Shown: positions 39,812 to 52,449 of the stretch, in pieces
Position numbering within the stretch: position 1 is the stretch's first letter
Layout of the letters: each line of letters starts with the position of its first letter
Origin: Octopus vulgaris
Taxonomy: Eukaryota
Direction: 5' to 3'
Length of the DNA: 64,000 nucleotides
Assembly (NCBI GenBank): GCA_951406725.2
Contig: OX597814.1
Coordinates: 95,046,001-95,110,000, forward strand
Made by a program: the position numbers and the translations under genes
The notes under the pieces: model-generated
What the model was told of the DNA's origin: nothing
Database searches by the model: none
Seen by the model: the letters and a program-made list of their open reading frames with translations, nothing else

Positions 39812-41180
39812 CATTATTCAGTTTATTTCAACATTTCCTGCCAATAGAATAAGAACCGTTTTCTAACCTAGATCCAAGACTCCTCCATTGGAATTTCAAC
39901 ATCAAAAACAGGGTACGTATGTAAGTATGTATGTATGTATGTATGTAGTATGTATGTATGTATGTATGTATGTACGTATGTAAGTATGTATGTATGTATG
40001 TATGTATGTATGTATGTATTATGTATGTATGTATGTATGTATGTATGTATGTATGTATGTATGTATGTATGTATGTATGTATGTATGCATGTATGCAGAT
40101 TTCTGTTTTATGTATGTATTCTCATACATATAGTTGCATATCTAGACATGCTCATATATATTTAAATGATAAACTTCTGGAAAGTTTTACAGAATTTTAG
40201 CTCCAGTAATGGATCAGATCTGTAGTCTTCGAATTAGCTTTCTCCTTTCTGGTTTTGAGAAGCCTAATTTCTCAAGATTGGTATTTAGGTAGTGTGTTAC
40301 ATATCCCAGGGCCCCAATAATTACAGGTATAAACCTGAACTTGTAATCTGGATAGAGTAACTGTAGATTTTTCAATAGTTCAGCATAGGTGTTCTCTTTT
40401 TCGCTGATCCTGAACTTTATGTTAACATCCGCTGGGCAGCTAATTTTCACAACTGAACACAGTTTCTCTTCTCTATCCCAAATCATTTTATCAGGTCTGT
40501 TGTGCTTACATTTTATTGAGGTCTTCACTGGTACATTCCGCCAGTATTCCTTTTTCTTATGAGTGACTCTACCAAACTGTGGGTTCTTATTTCTTTGTCC
40601 TCGGGATTATCCTTCTGACAGATTTCATTACAGAGTGTCCTAGCATTCATCATGACTCATTGACAGATAATACCATAATTACATTTTCGAACAACTACTT
40701 ATAATGTGTGTGATATCTTCAGTGTTAACTCCACAAAGTCTGCATCGGTTGTCACATTTTACTGCTTTTCCTGCTTCTCTATCCCTTTTGTGCATCAGAT
40801 ACTTGGTTGATATTTCCTGTTCCTGGATTGCAAACGCATACCCTTTAAAGTGGGAGGTAGTAATCCGGCTATTGGTCCATGATAAACTGCTTTGATGATC
40901 AATGTTACTATCATCACGGAGCTTTTCTACTAACATATCCATGCATAGTCTTCTGCTCATATAGACTCATCCTTTCATCTGATAATATATTGCGGTAGAG
41001 TCGTGCAATTTCTTTGAGCATGCATTCTAGGTTATCAGACAAAGAGTGTTGCTCAAGGAGCTGCCTTCAAAGTCTTATGATGCTATCAGGTTCATGTATG
41101 CAAACTTGGTCAAGAGATTCACTTCGATACTTGGTGGTTAAAAGATGTTGCCGAAGAGATATGATGCGACATTCAAATGT
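39812..41180 (-). mobile_element. R4/Dong-type non-LTR retrotransposon 3' fragment (restriction-like endonuclease)
   Basis: FAIQEQEIST, CRLCGVNTEDITHIISSC zinc knuckle, HNRPDKMIWD..KISCP..EKENTY..IPVIIGALG RLE domain; 3' UTR with (CATA)n ending AATAAActgaataat. Confidence 0.85.
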
Positions 41181-41277
41181 ATATGTGTGTATGTGGGAAT
41201 CTACATCACACATGATTTGTACCCCTTTGCTAAGACATATTTGTATTGTATGTCTGGGCCCATTGGGCCATTATTAA

Positions 41278-41497
41278 GGCGGCGAGCTGGCAGAATCGTT
41301 AGCACATAAAGACAGAAAAAATGTTCAGCAGTATTTCGTCCATCTTTACGTTCTGAGTTCAAATTCCATCAAAGTCGGCTTGCTTTACCTTTCATTCTTT
41401 CGGGTCGATTTAAAAAGTGCCGATTTGGCACTGACGTCGATGTAATCGACTTACTCCACTCACAAAATTGCTTGCCTTGTACCAAAATTTGAAACCA
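41278..41497 (+). mobile_element. SINE family B monomer
   Basis: ggcggcgagctggcagaatcgttagc head, core and type-2 tail. Confidence 0.85.
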
Positions 41498-41500
41498 TTT

Positions 41501-41577
<77 letters not shown>

Positions 41578-41913
41578 TCACGTTCGACTTCATCCTTCCA
41601 CTTTTATTGCCGTATTCTCCCTCATCATTTGCTCGCTTTTCTGTTACAATAACTCATCTTCATTCTTATATTATTCTTCCCTTCATGTTATTTATTCTTC
41701 CTACTCCTGTTCAGATACTCTTTTCGAAACTCTCTTTCCACTGCATTTTGAACTTTATTCGTCCTTTGTCTCTTCTTTTCTGCTCTTAATTAAAACTTCA
41801 TTCACACAATCTGCACATAATCTTCTTTCGTGCGTGTGTAGTCGTTTGTGCGAATGTATGTGTGCGTGTAGGTATGCATATATCTCTGTATGTATATGTG
41901 TACGTGCGCATAC

Positions 41914-42168
<255 letters not shown>

Positions 42169-42792
42169 TATTTACAATATACATACTAGCGGCAGTACTT
42201 GGTCGGCCTTGCCTGGGTTTAAAGAAAATATCAATAAAAGTCACATAGTTCTATGACCTTCTCTTTGAAAAGCTGTGCCTTTATGCAAAATGTCAGCGAC
42301 CTAAGTGGATATATGTCTATATATGTATATGTGTGTACGTGTGAGAGAGAGAGAGAGAGAGAGAGACTGAGAGAGGGTGGAGTGCGTATTTATGCACACA
42401 TATATGAGTATAAACATACATATCTCCATACGCATTCACACACGCGCGCGCGTGCATTTATGTGGTGCATATCTGATGAAGAAGAGGAATTCTTCTTCCA
42501 GAGATAGGGAAAGCGCAAGCTTACAAATCCACTTAAACTGTAGCGATGGGAGATTCCAATGTAAAGGTCGGAAAAGGAGGACAGGGAAAGAATAAATGCA
42601 GGCTAAATGACTGAAAATTCACAGACTACAGGCAAACTCGTACAGTTACCGAATATTATTCCAAAAATTGGTAAAGGTCACTCGGAAGGCCTCCGTGATG
42701 ATTAGAAAACGATTCAATTGAATGATTTGGTCCATAATGGAAAAGAAAGGCGCAATTAAGAAAGAACTGAAAGTGCATTGTGACCAACAGTG

Positions 42793-42829
<37 letters not shown>

Positions 42830-43064
42830 TTACGATATATAGATTCAAGTAACCCGGCAGTACTCAAACAATTACTTAGATTGTCATTGTACAACCGTAT
42901 AAGTTATATGGTAATATACATGAGAAAAGAATAAGGATGTTTATAGTTAAAGTTCATCATAATATTTGTCCGTCATATCTATTTATATATATATATACAT
43001 ACATACATACATACATACATACATACATACATACATACATACATACATACATACATACATACAT

Positions 43065-43380
43065 AACGACCCTCCATGTTTGTTTTCGTTCGATTTCCTT
43101 GTCAAATTCTCCACTGTCAAATTTTTGTTCCCAACTTTGACTCTTTATAAATCCTAATTTTTTTTTTTTTTGAATTTATGGTAGTAGCTGTCTTTGAAGA
43201 CTTATATTGTCGTTGAATGCTCGAAATGGATAGTAGATAAGACAGGCGACAACTGTGTTTACTTCTCTGTGTTTACTTGTCCTATTCTCCCTTTTTTCTC
43301 GTTGTTTATGTATTTAACACGTTTGTTTACGTATTTCATGTTGTTTGAACCGTTGGTGATGTCCAGTGCCTATGTGTGTG
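43065..43380 (+). mobile_element. Penelope-type pseudo-LTR fragment, same family as 29500-30560
   Basis: tttttgttcccaactttgac...aaatcctaa and cgtatttcatgttgttt shared with 30190-30440 and 29560. Confidence 0.7.
43188..43255 (+). ncRNA. Hammerhead-like motif, non-canonical strand order (copy 2, core partly deleted)
   Basis: ctgtctt..cttaTA-ttgtcg..gctc-GAAA-tgga..aagacag-g-cgacaa-CTG, then deletion of the rest of CTGANGA. Confidence 0.45.
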
Positions 43381-43399
43381 TGTGTGTATGTGTGTGTGT

Positions 43400-43555
43400 G
43401 TAGTCAATTCAAATAAACGAATAAACAACGAAAAAAGAAAAACAACGAACGTGAGGACGTACACAAGAAATGTATAAAACTGATGCTCGATGAAAGGAGA
43501 GTTTAACGTTTCGAGAATAGCTCTTCATCGGAAAGAAGAAACGGGGAAAAGTCCG
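43400..43555 (-). mobile_element. Solo Penelope pseudo-LTR terminus (family of 52832-56245) with minimal hammerhead-like motif at 43501-43535
   Basis: Minus strand cttt-CCGATGA-A-GAGC-tat-TCTC-GAAA-CGTT-aaac, homologous to 52925-52960. Confidence 0.65.
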
Positions 43556-43683
43556 AAGAAGAAGAAGAAGAAGAAGAAGAAGAAGAAGAAGAAGAAGAAG
43601 AAGAAGAAGAAGAAGAAGAAGAAGAAGAACAACAACAACAACAACAACAAAAACAAAAACAAGAACAAGAAGAAAAACGGCTT

Positions 43684-43788
<105 letters not shown>

Positions 43789-44279
43789 CACTTCGATTAG
43801 AGGTTGTGTTAACCTCATGATAGGATAGTTTCATCCAAGGAAGTACTGGTTCAATACCTAGTATTTTGGAGGAATTTCAGTTTGCTATAATGAATCCATA
43901 AACGCATAAAACATTCAAAGGTATATATTTTTCCTCTGAAGATATTATGCTCGGGTCATATAAATTTAATATTTACTTAAAATTTTTCTGCGTATTAATT
44001 GAAACAGCGCATTTGTACATATAAAAATCACGCAAGAAGAACCCTTAATTCGTTAAAAAATTTTAGGCGCCAACATCAGTGATAAAGTAAGACAGAGCAA
44101 GACCTCTCTCCAAAAGCAAAACGATTGCTTAACTCCCGCTACACTGTCAATCAAACTGCCTATTAAGCCAACACATCGAGGTGAGTACTTTTCAGATATT
44201 GTAGAGTCGCTAAGAAGGTGAGCTCAGATAAATAATTGATAAATAATTGATGTATCCTATAATGGCAACCATTATTGCA

Positions 44280-44457
44280 GGCAAGTTATTTTTATTTTTA
44301 TCTTTAACAAATCGACCACAGTACTTATAAGTCTAGTACTTATTCTCTCGGTCTCTTTTGCCGAACTGGTGGTTAAACGAACCAAGACTGATTGTGAAGT
44401 GGTACAGGGACAGACACATACACAAAGATGTACACAAACACACACATATACACACAT

Positions 44458-44460
<3 letters not shown>
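44280..44460 (-). mobile_element. SINE family A 3' half
   Basis: ctagtacttattct.tcggtctcttttgccgaac match. Confidence 0.7.
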
Positions 44461-44524
<64 letters not shown>

Positions 44525-44532
44525 ATATATAC

Positions 44533-44653
<121 letters not shown>

Positions 44654-44885
44654 TATTAGAGGGAAACCACTATGTGGACACCCTTATGCTAGAAATAGAT
44701 CCGCTATAGTCTTACCACTGAGAAATGTTCTCAAGAAAAATTTTGCAAAACAACCAAAACGTAATCGAGCAAGACAAAAGAAAAAAGCAATAAAAATATG
44801 GATTATTCGCATACATGTTTCACTAATAACATATTACGTAATTTTACTTATATAAATGTCCGTAGATCATCGGTGCATATATATA

Positions 44886-46142
44886 CAGCGGTTGGACAAA
44901 ATAATGGAAACACCTTAAAATTTCAGACAAATTTATTATAATATGCGGTAGGACCGCCTTTGGCAGTAATTACAGCTTGAATTCTATGAGGTATGGACTC
45001 GTACAAAGTTTGAATTGTTTCCAAAGGAATTTTTGTCCATTCTTCAACTAAAATGGTCTCCAGTTCTTGTAGTGATGATCATGGAGGATATCGACTCCTT
45101 ACTTGTTTTTCTAAAATGCACCATAAATGTTCAATAATATTGAGATCTGGGGACTGTGGTAGCCAGATAAGATGTTCAACTTCACTAGAGTGTTTCGCGT
45201 GCCATTCAGTAACAATTATAGCTGTATGAATTGCTGCATTATCATCCTGGAAGATTGCGTTTCCCTCCAGATACAGTTCTGCAACCATAGGATGAATTTT
45301 ATCAGATAAAATGCTTAAATAATCTTGACTATCAATTCTGCCATGAATCTGCCGGCGGATTTACAAGATATACCCCCCCCCCCCAATCATCACAGATCCT
45401 CCCCCATGTTTAACAGTTGGAAGAAGGCGGGCTGGGTCAAATGCTTCTTTTGGTTGTCTCCACATGTATACTCGGCGGATGGTCGGAAATAAGGTAAACG
45501 ATGACTCGTCTGAGAAAATAACATTCTTCCATTGCTCTAGAGACCAATTCTGTAGGTTTTTACTCCACTCTAAATGCTTTGCAAGATTTGTTTTTGAAAG
45601 TAGTGGTTTTCTAATTGCAGCCCTCCCGTGAAATTCGGTTTTGTGTAGCTCCTGGCTAACAGTTTTGTGGAAACTGGGTTCTCGAGGTTGTCATTAAGCT
45701 TTGCAGTAATTCTGGGAGCTGTACTTTTGTGATTCTTTCTAACAATTCGCATAAGAGTCCGACGGTCCCTATCTGAGAGTTTTTAGTTTTCTTCCGGAGT
45801 TTTGTTTCGACGAGGAGGTTTTTCCCTCTTTCACAAAGGCTGTCATTACTTTCGAGACTGTACTTTTTGATACACCAAACATTTCGGCAGTTTTTCTTAC
45901 GCTAGCGCCTGCGATACTAGCACCAACAATTTGACCTCTTTGAAAGTCCGATAGATCTGTCATTTTAATGAATTTTAATTACCCTTTTCTGATGAAATCT
46001 GAAAAGAAACAGCAATTTTAGCAAAACATATTAAGCAACACTAATAATAAATCAAAAAAACATAAAAATATACAAGCTTTTGGCGGTTTTATAGATATTG
46101 CAAAATTATGATGCTATGATGCTAGGTGTTTTCATTATTTTG

Positions 46143-46147
<5 letters not shown>
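44886..46147 (-). mobile_element. Tc1-like transposon, DD36E type, near full length
   Basis: TA + TIR cagcggttggacaaaataatggaaacacct; inverse aggtgttttcattattttgtccaa at 46124-46147 (outer 6 bp lost into a TA tract). Confidence 0.9.
44940..45963 (-). pseudogene. Tc1 DD36E transposase, frameshifted
   Basis: MTDLSDFQRGQIVGA..NSGRK; VIFSDES; KHGGGSVMI; FQDDNAAIH..WLPQSPDLNIIEHLW with 36 residues between catalytic D and E. Confidence 0.9.
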
Positions 46148-46176
<29 letters not shown>

Positions 46177-46177
<1 letters not shown>

Positions 46178-46402
46178 GCGGTGAGCTGGCAGAAACGTTA
46201 GCGTACCGGGCGAAATGCGTAGCCGTATTTCATCTGTCGTTACGTTCCGAGTTCAAATTCCGCCGAGGTCGACTTTGCCTTTCATCCTTTCGGGGTCGAT
46301 AAATTAAGTACCAGTTACGCACTGGGGTCGATGTAATCGACTTAATCCGTTTGTCGGTCCTTGTTTGTCCCTTCTGTGTTTAGCTCCTTGTGGGTAGTAA
46401 AG

Positions 46403-46405
<3 letters not shown>
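46177..46405 (+). mobile_element. SINE family B monomer ending in the LINE-like tail, inside (TA)n
   Basis: Near-consensus head and core; ends ...tttgtcccttctgtgtttagctccttgtgggtagtaaagaaa then (TA)n. Confidence 0.9.
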
Positions 46406-46463
<58 letters not shown>

Positions 46464-46465
46464 CA

Positions 46466-47357
46466 CGTGGTCTCATCAATAACTATCCAGACTGTTGCCA
46501 TAGTAACGAAGCTAAAGCACGCAAAGTAGAGCGGCTTGACACAGATTGACCTTAAATTCTGCTGTGCGTGAGCACAAAGCTTTAATGTTGTAGCTCACTT
46601 CCGCTGTTTACACCAGTGCTTGGAAGGAAGGTGTGTAGTGTGTGATCGTCGCATTGACCATCACAGAGAAAGTTGAGTAGAGAATCTGCATCAAAATTTG
46701 CCAAAAGCTTGGCGATACCTGCTCAGAGGCTTACGCAAAGTTTTCAAAAAGTTTTCATCGTTCTCGACACAATCAAGATTTTGTATAACTGAAACCAGAG
46801 TGTCTTTTTGGTCAGCTGATAGCAGTTTTCGCACAAACTTGGCAGACACGCATCACATACCCAAATCTTCAGTGATAATGGACTGAACTGAACCGTAACT
46901 AATCTACACATTCTCCGATAATTCGTGGATGGTGATTCGATGATTTCCCCTCACAGCTGCACGCACATCTGCGATGTTTTTCTTAGTTCTGCTGGTTGCG
47001 GGTCACCCAGAACGTTCGTCAATATCGACATTTTTCGGTCATTTTGAGAACGTCTGAACCACTCGTACACTTGTGTGCAGCTCATACACTCCTCTCCATA
47101 CACTTTCTGCAACTTTTCGCAGGCCTCTGAGCAGGTATCACCATAACAACTTTCTCTTCTCATGGTCAATGCGACGATTACACGCTACACACCTTCCTTC
47201 CAAACACTGCTGTAAACAGCGGAAGTGAGCCAGAACGTCAAAACTTAGTGCACATGCACAGCAAAGTTCAAGGTCAACTTGTGCGAAGCAGTTTCAATCT
47301 GCATGCTTTAACTTCGTTACTATGGCGACTGTCCAGATACTTATTGATCAGACCTCG
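46466..47357. mobile_element. mariner-derived fold-back element made of two 5' ends
   Basis: ~280-bp inverted arms, each with TIR (cgaggtctgatcaataa..), 5' UTR and transposase start; minus arm continues GDTCSEACEKLQKVYGEEC..VYEWF..SAKFVRKLL. Confidence 0.85.
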
Positions 47358-47359
47358 TA

Positions 47360-47520
47360 TATACACGACAGGCTTCTTTCAGTTTCTGTCAACTAAATCC
47401 ACTCACAAGGCTTTTGTCGGACAAAATGTGTGGTAGAGGACACATGTCCAAGGCACCATGCAGCAGAACTGAACCCCGAAACCATGTGGGTGAGAAGCAA
47501 GCTTCTTACAACACATCCAT
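47360..47520 (-). mobile_element. SINE family A 5' half
   Basis: cgacaggcttctttcagttt..aaatccactcacaaggc..ctgaacccc.aaaccatgtgg match. Confidence 0.8.
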
Positions 47521-48162
47521 ATAAAGTTATATACATAAACACATACACACGCACGCATAAATGCACGTGCGCACACACATACACACATATATGTGTGTGT
47601 GTGTCTGTATATACAGATCGCCACAAAAGAAACTCAGATTCACAAATTTCATGACCTTAACATTGTCAACGTATCAAAATTGGATCCCAAAAAACTGATG
47701 TTCTTCAGGTCCCGGAAATATTTCAGCTCCCAAACAGTTATTACATAAACTGCTCCCATTGAAAGGGGTCACTTGACTGATTAACATGATGATATTCACC
47801 AACAAACACCAACCTATATCTGACAGATTAGTGACATTTGTAGCTGCTGTATGGATATTTAATACTATAGGCATCACCAGGTGTAATGTTATAAAAGGTT
47901 TTGATACGAAGTTTGGTTTGAAGGAAGGATGCAAATAGATGAGCGTTGCATTTTTTATCATTTCAAGATGCTTTGAAATAAACTGATAGAGAAATTGTTC
48001 ATATTTATCTTAGTTTTTATTTAACCGTTGCGAAGTTTATCACAACTACTACTAGATGGAGTCAGTATATCCTTTTATTCGTTTCAGCCATGTTGTTGCG
48101 ATCATGCTGGGGTACAACCGTGGGAAAACGTAACACGTCAGCCGGGAGGTATTTGTTAGTTC

Positions 48163-48625
48163 TGTCGGAGAATCTCATGTTGTTATTGTTGTAGAAGGTT
48201 TATTATTAAGTTGATGTGGAGGAAAGAGAGCGAGAAAAGTTAACTCTCTGCGAACGGAGAGTTACCATCCTAACTGAAAGAGGAGTGAGAGCAGTCACCT
48301 CTTGGGCAGTTGCCGTTAGAGAGAGAGAGTAAGTAAGTTGTTACCGCTCTGAGAGACACTGGGCGGAGAGGGAAGTAAGAGATGTTACCTCTCTCATATC
48401 CCTGAGGAAAGAAGAAATGTTCTGTTATGTGTATCTCTCAGAACCAAGTCAATAACAACGGAAATTAAATGAGTTATCAGGACTGAACTGAGTTTCAACT
48501 AAGATGGCGATGAATTTGACAGACGATTCACATAAATTCGGAATGCAAACTCTGAAAACACTGGAAACTAACACGCAGGAGCATTCAGGCCGAGGTTTAA
48601 GATTCCTGGTTGCGAATTCTCCGTA
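48163..48625. mobile_element. Possible solo LTR or MITE (unclassified)
   Basis: Starts TGtcggagaat with short inverse attctccg at ~48616-48623; AATAAA on minus strand near the left end; internal agag/taac subrepeats; no clean CA end or TSD. Confidence 0.25.
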
Positions 48626-49335
48626 TTCGTCACACACTTCGTCACACTGATTCGTTTGCTGTTACTAAAATGTCTTCCACTCTTTAGAGTTTGCCGGTTT
48701 GTTCCATCTTCACACATACTAACTCATCTATCGTCCCCCGCTTCTTTTTCCCCTTCGTTTCTCTTCCTCACATGTCTCTCGTCTTCTCGTCAATCATATT
48801 GCTTTTTCCACGAAACCAAACCATTAACTGGAGAGCATAGCTTCGACTCTATCCATCTTCCAAATGGCTATTCTTATGCCTATGTCAGAATTCAATATCT
48901 CTTTAATAACGTAATTCCAATTTCTAAATACATATGAAAGCGTTGGTGTATTTTTATAAATATCACAACTACACAATAAAGTTTCGATGTAGTTAATAAT
49001 TGGCAGAGAAACAAAATAACAGATAGTAGTAATTCGTTTCGCCGTATGGCAGCAGGGAACTAGTTAAATAGATATAGATGAAATTTGGGGTCCCTCCAAT
49101 GTTCTATTTATTGCCAGAAATATTCAGTAGCATACATCATATGAAAACGCATCTTCAGTGTTTGTATGTATTTATGTATGTATGCGCATGTATGTGTGTA
49201 TACATACGTGTGCCTATGCATATGTGTACATGAATGTATATGTGTGTATGTGTGTGTGTGTGTGTGTGTGCAAACATATTTTCATGCATTTTTGTATTAA
49301 TAACCAGAATTTCAATTCCATTAATGCATACCCAA

Positions 49336-49368
<33 letters not shown>

Positions 49369-49474
49369 CTTGTAAATATGCGTGCGTATTAAATGAATAT
49401 GAGAAAGGCAGGAGATAAAGTGCGATTTATTCGTGATCAGAGTTTTTCGAAAACCGAAATTCTACTGTATATAT

Positions 49475-49848
49475 ATTCTTTTATACTTTTACTTGTTTCA
49501 GTCATTTTTACTGTGGCTATGCTGGAGCACCGCCTTTCAGTCGAAGAAATCTACCCCTGGACTTACTTTTTGTAAGCCTGATACGTATTCTATCGGTTTA
49601 CGGAGACGTAAACACACTAAGATCGGTTGTCAAGTGATGGTTGATGACAAACACAGACACAAATACACAAGTATATAAAAATATATATACGACAGGTTTC
49701 TTTCAGTTTCAGTCTACCAAATCCATTCACAAGGCTTTGGTCGGCCCGAAGCTATAATAGAAGACACTTGCCCAAGGTGACACGGGACTGAACCCGGAAC
49801 CATGTGGTTGGGAAGCAAACTTCTTATCACACAGCCATACCTGTGCCT
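49475..49848 (-). mobile_element. SINE family A
   Basis: Reverse-complement homology to family A. Confidence 0.85.
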
Positions 49849-50024
49849 ATATGTGTATATATATATATATACATACATACATACATACATATATATATTC
49901 ATACATACATACATATATATTCATATGTGTGTGTGTACTTATATGTATGTGTGTATGTTTATAAATGTATTCAAACATTTATATATTTTTGCGTGTGTTT
50001 ATATATATATATGTATATATATAT

Positions 50025-50768
50025 ATTGAAATAAAACTTACTTGGAAGAAGACGACGCGTGGCGTTCGATCATATAATAACAATTTAATAAATAAAACCT
50101 ATACATACATACATACATATATGTACATACCTACATCTATATGTATATATACATGCATATATGGGTACAGGAGACCACAAAAAAACCTAGAACACAACGA
50201 GAAACGAAAACATAAAAACAAAACAAGGAAACGGACTTTTTCCTAACAACGAAAAAACAGAGTACAAGACAACAACACAAGGAACATTCCCCTTCTTCAG
50301 CTGCCCCTGTTTCGACTCATTGCGTGTTTCGAAGGTAAGGGCAGAATACGACTACATTGAAACAGTCCTTCCCGCAAAGCGAATTAAATAAAAAAATTTT
50401 GCGGAGGGGTAAAAAAAAGGTGACAATAACAGGACGTAAAAGCAATACAAATAAAGAAAAAAAACAGTACAAATAAAGATAAAAAAAGTAAAAGACAGGA
50501 CAAGGAGAAACCAACAATAAGGGTTTTTTTAAGCCTGGACGGTGGAAAAATTCATTTGAACGCATTCCGAAGAAGGGGAATGTTCCTTGTGTTGTTGTCT
50601 TGTACTCTGTATTTTTCGTTGTTAAAAAAAAGTCCGTTTCCTTGTTCTGTTTTTATGTTTTCTTTTCTCGTTGTGTTCTAGGTTTTTTGTGGTGTACATA
50701 CCTACATATGGATGTAGGTATGTACATATATATATGTATGTATGCATATGTTTTATTTATTAAATTGT

Positions 50769-50780
<12 letters not shown>
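50025..50780 (-). mobile_element. Penelope-type element: pseudo-LTR plus inverted 5' pseudo-LTR copy
   Basis: ~210-225-bp inverted arms (~50072-50298 and ~50569-50778) around a ~270-bp spacer; homologous to 29500-30560 including caa|gtaagt; flanked by (TA)n. Confidence 0.75.
50289..50365 (-). ncRNA. Hammerhead-like motif, non-canonical strand order (copy 3, both core motifs intact)
   Basis: Minus strand ctgtttc..cgtaTT-ctgccc-tta-ccttc-GAAA-cacg..gaaacag-gggcag-CTGAAGA-A-gggg. Confidence 0.6.
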
Positions 50781-50822
<42 letters not shown>

Positions 50823-50915
50823 GCATACATACATATAAAGAAGAAGAAGAAGAAGAAGAAGAAGAAGAAGAAGAAGAAGAAGAAGAAGAAGAAGAAGAAG
50901 AAGAAGAAGAAGAAG

Positions 50916-50946
<31 letters not shown>

Positions 50947-51029
50947 GTTAAAGGATGATGAATGATGAATTGAGGTCTAATGGAGAGTAGAGCGGATTCG
51001 TCTTGTCATTAATGCGTAGGATAGAATGC

Positions 51030-51343
51030 GTGATTCTGTGGTAAGACGCTTGCTTCCCCGCCACATGGCTCTGGGTTCGGTCCCACAGCGTGGAACCTTG
51101 GGCAAGCGTATTTTACTATAGCCTCGGGCTGATCAAAACCTTGTGAGTGGCTTTGGTAGATGGAAGCTGAAAGAAGCCCGTCGTATATGTATATATATAT
51201 ATGTATGTGTGTGCGTGTGTGTGTGTGTGTGTATTTGCCCCCCTATCACTACTTGACAACCGGTGTTGGTATATTTATGTCCCCGTAACTTAATGGTTCA
51301 GCAAAAGACACCAATAGAGTAAATACCAGGCTTTAAAAATAAG
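51030..51343 (+). mobile_element. SINE family A, 3'-truncated
   Basis: Homology to family A. Confidence 0.8.
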
Positions 51344-51725
51344 TCTTTAAATCTTCTTTTAGGTTTACGCCTATAGCGTTTCTCCTCTGCAAGCTCACCA
51401 TAAAACAGCTGTTTCAGCATGCGTTCATCCGCCATTCGAACAATATGGCCACACCATCTCATTTGGTTCCTCAAAATCATAGCTTTAATTGAGGCAATGC
51501 CTACAGATGCAAGGGCATCTGTATTTGTGATAAAAGAACTCCATTTAATGTTTAAAATGCGATGAAGGCATTTTTGGTGGAATTGTTCTAACAATGTAAA
51601 ATGCCTTTCATAACAAGTTCATGTTTCACAAGAATACAACAGGGATGGTAAGACAAATGATTTGTAAAGAGCCAGCATTGTATTCTTATGTGTCCAAGTT
51701 ACCAAATACATTTGCTGCCCTTTGA
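51344..51725 (-). pseudogene. RTE-clade LINE ORF C-terminal fragment
   Basis: LYKSFVLPSLLYSCET..LEQFHQKCLHRILNIKW..QMRWCGHIVRMADERMLKQLFYGEL..KPKRRFKD. Confidence 0.85.
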
Positions 51726-51789
51726 ATTCGCAGATGTATTTCTGTATCAAGATTTCCATAATTTTGTACAGAGCTTCCAAGGTAGATTA

Positions 51790-51945
51790 ACCGATTGTGT
51801 TGTGTTTACGTCCCCGCAACTTAGCGATTCGGCAAAAGGAACCGATAGAATAAGTACAAATAATAAGTCCTAGGGTCGATTTGCTCGACTAAAGGCGGTG
51901 CTCCAACATGGTCGCAGTCAAATGACTGAAACAAGTAAAACAGTA
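51790..51945 (+). mobile_element. SINE family A 3' fragment
   Basis: gtttacgtccccgcaacttagcg...gactgaaacaagtaaaa. Confidence 0.8.
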
Positions 51946-52047
51946 TATATTTATATATACATAAATATATATATACATATATATACATATATATACACAT
52001 GTATATACATATAAATCTATATACATCTATACATATACATATATATA

Positions 52048-52316
52048 CTTATTCTACCGGTCTCTTTTGCTGAACCGGTAGTTTCACTATGTATATGTTA
52101 TATACGGGGGCGTGAACACACCAATATCGGTTGTCAAGCTATAGTGGGGGAGAAACACAGACACCCAAACACACACGCACACGCAAATCCACTCACAAGG
52201 CTTTGGTCGGCCCGAGGCTACATCAGAAGACACTTGCCCAAGTGCCACGCATTGGGACTGAACCCAGAACCATGTGGTTGGTAAGCAAGCTACTTACCAC
52301 ACAACCACTCCTGCGC

Positions 52317-52318
<2 letters not shown>
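52048..52318 (-). mobile_element. SINE family A, internally deleted
   Basis: Reverse-complement head ccacacaaccactcctgcgcc and body. Confidence 0.8.
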
Positions 52319-52352
<34 letters not shown>

Positions 52353-52386
52353 ATACATACATACATACATACATACATACATACAT

Positions 52387-52427
<41 letters not shown>

Positions 52428-52449
52428 TATGTGCATGTATATATGTAAA

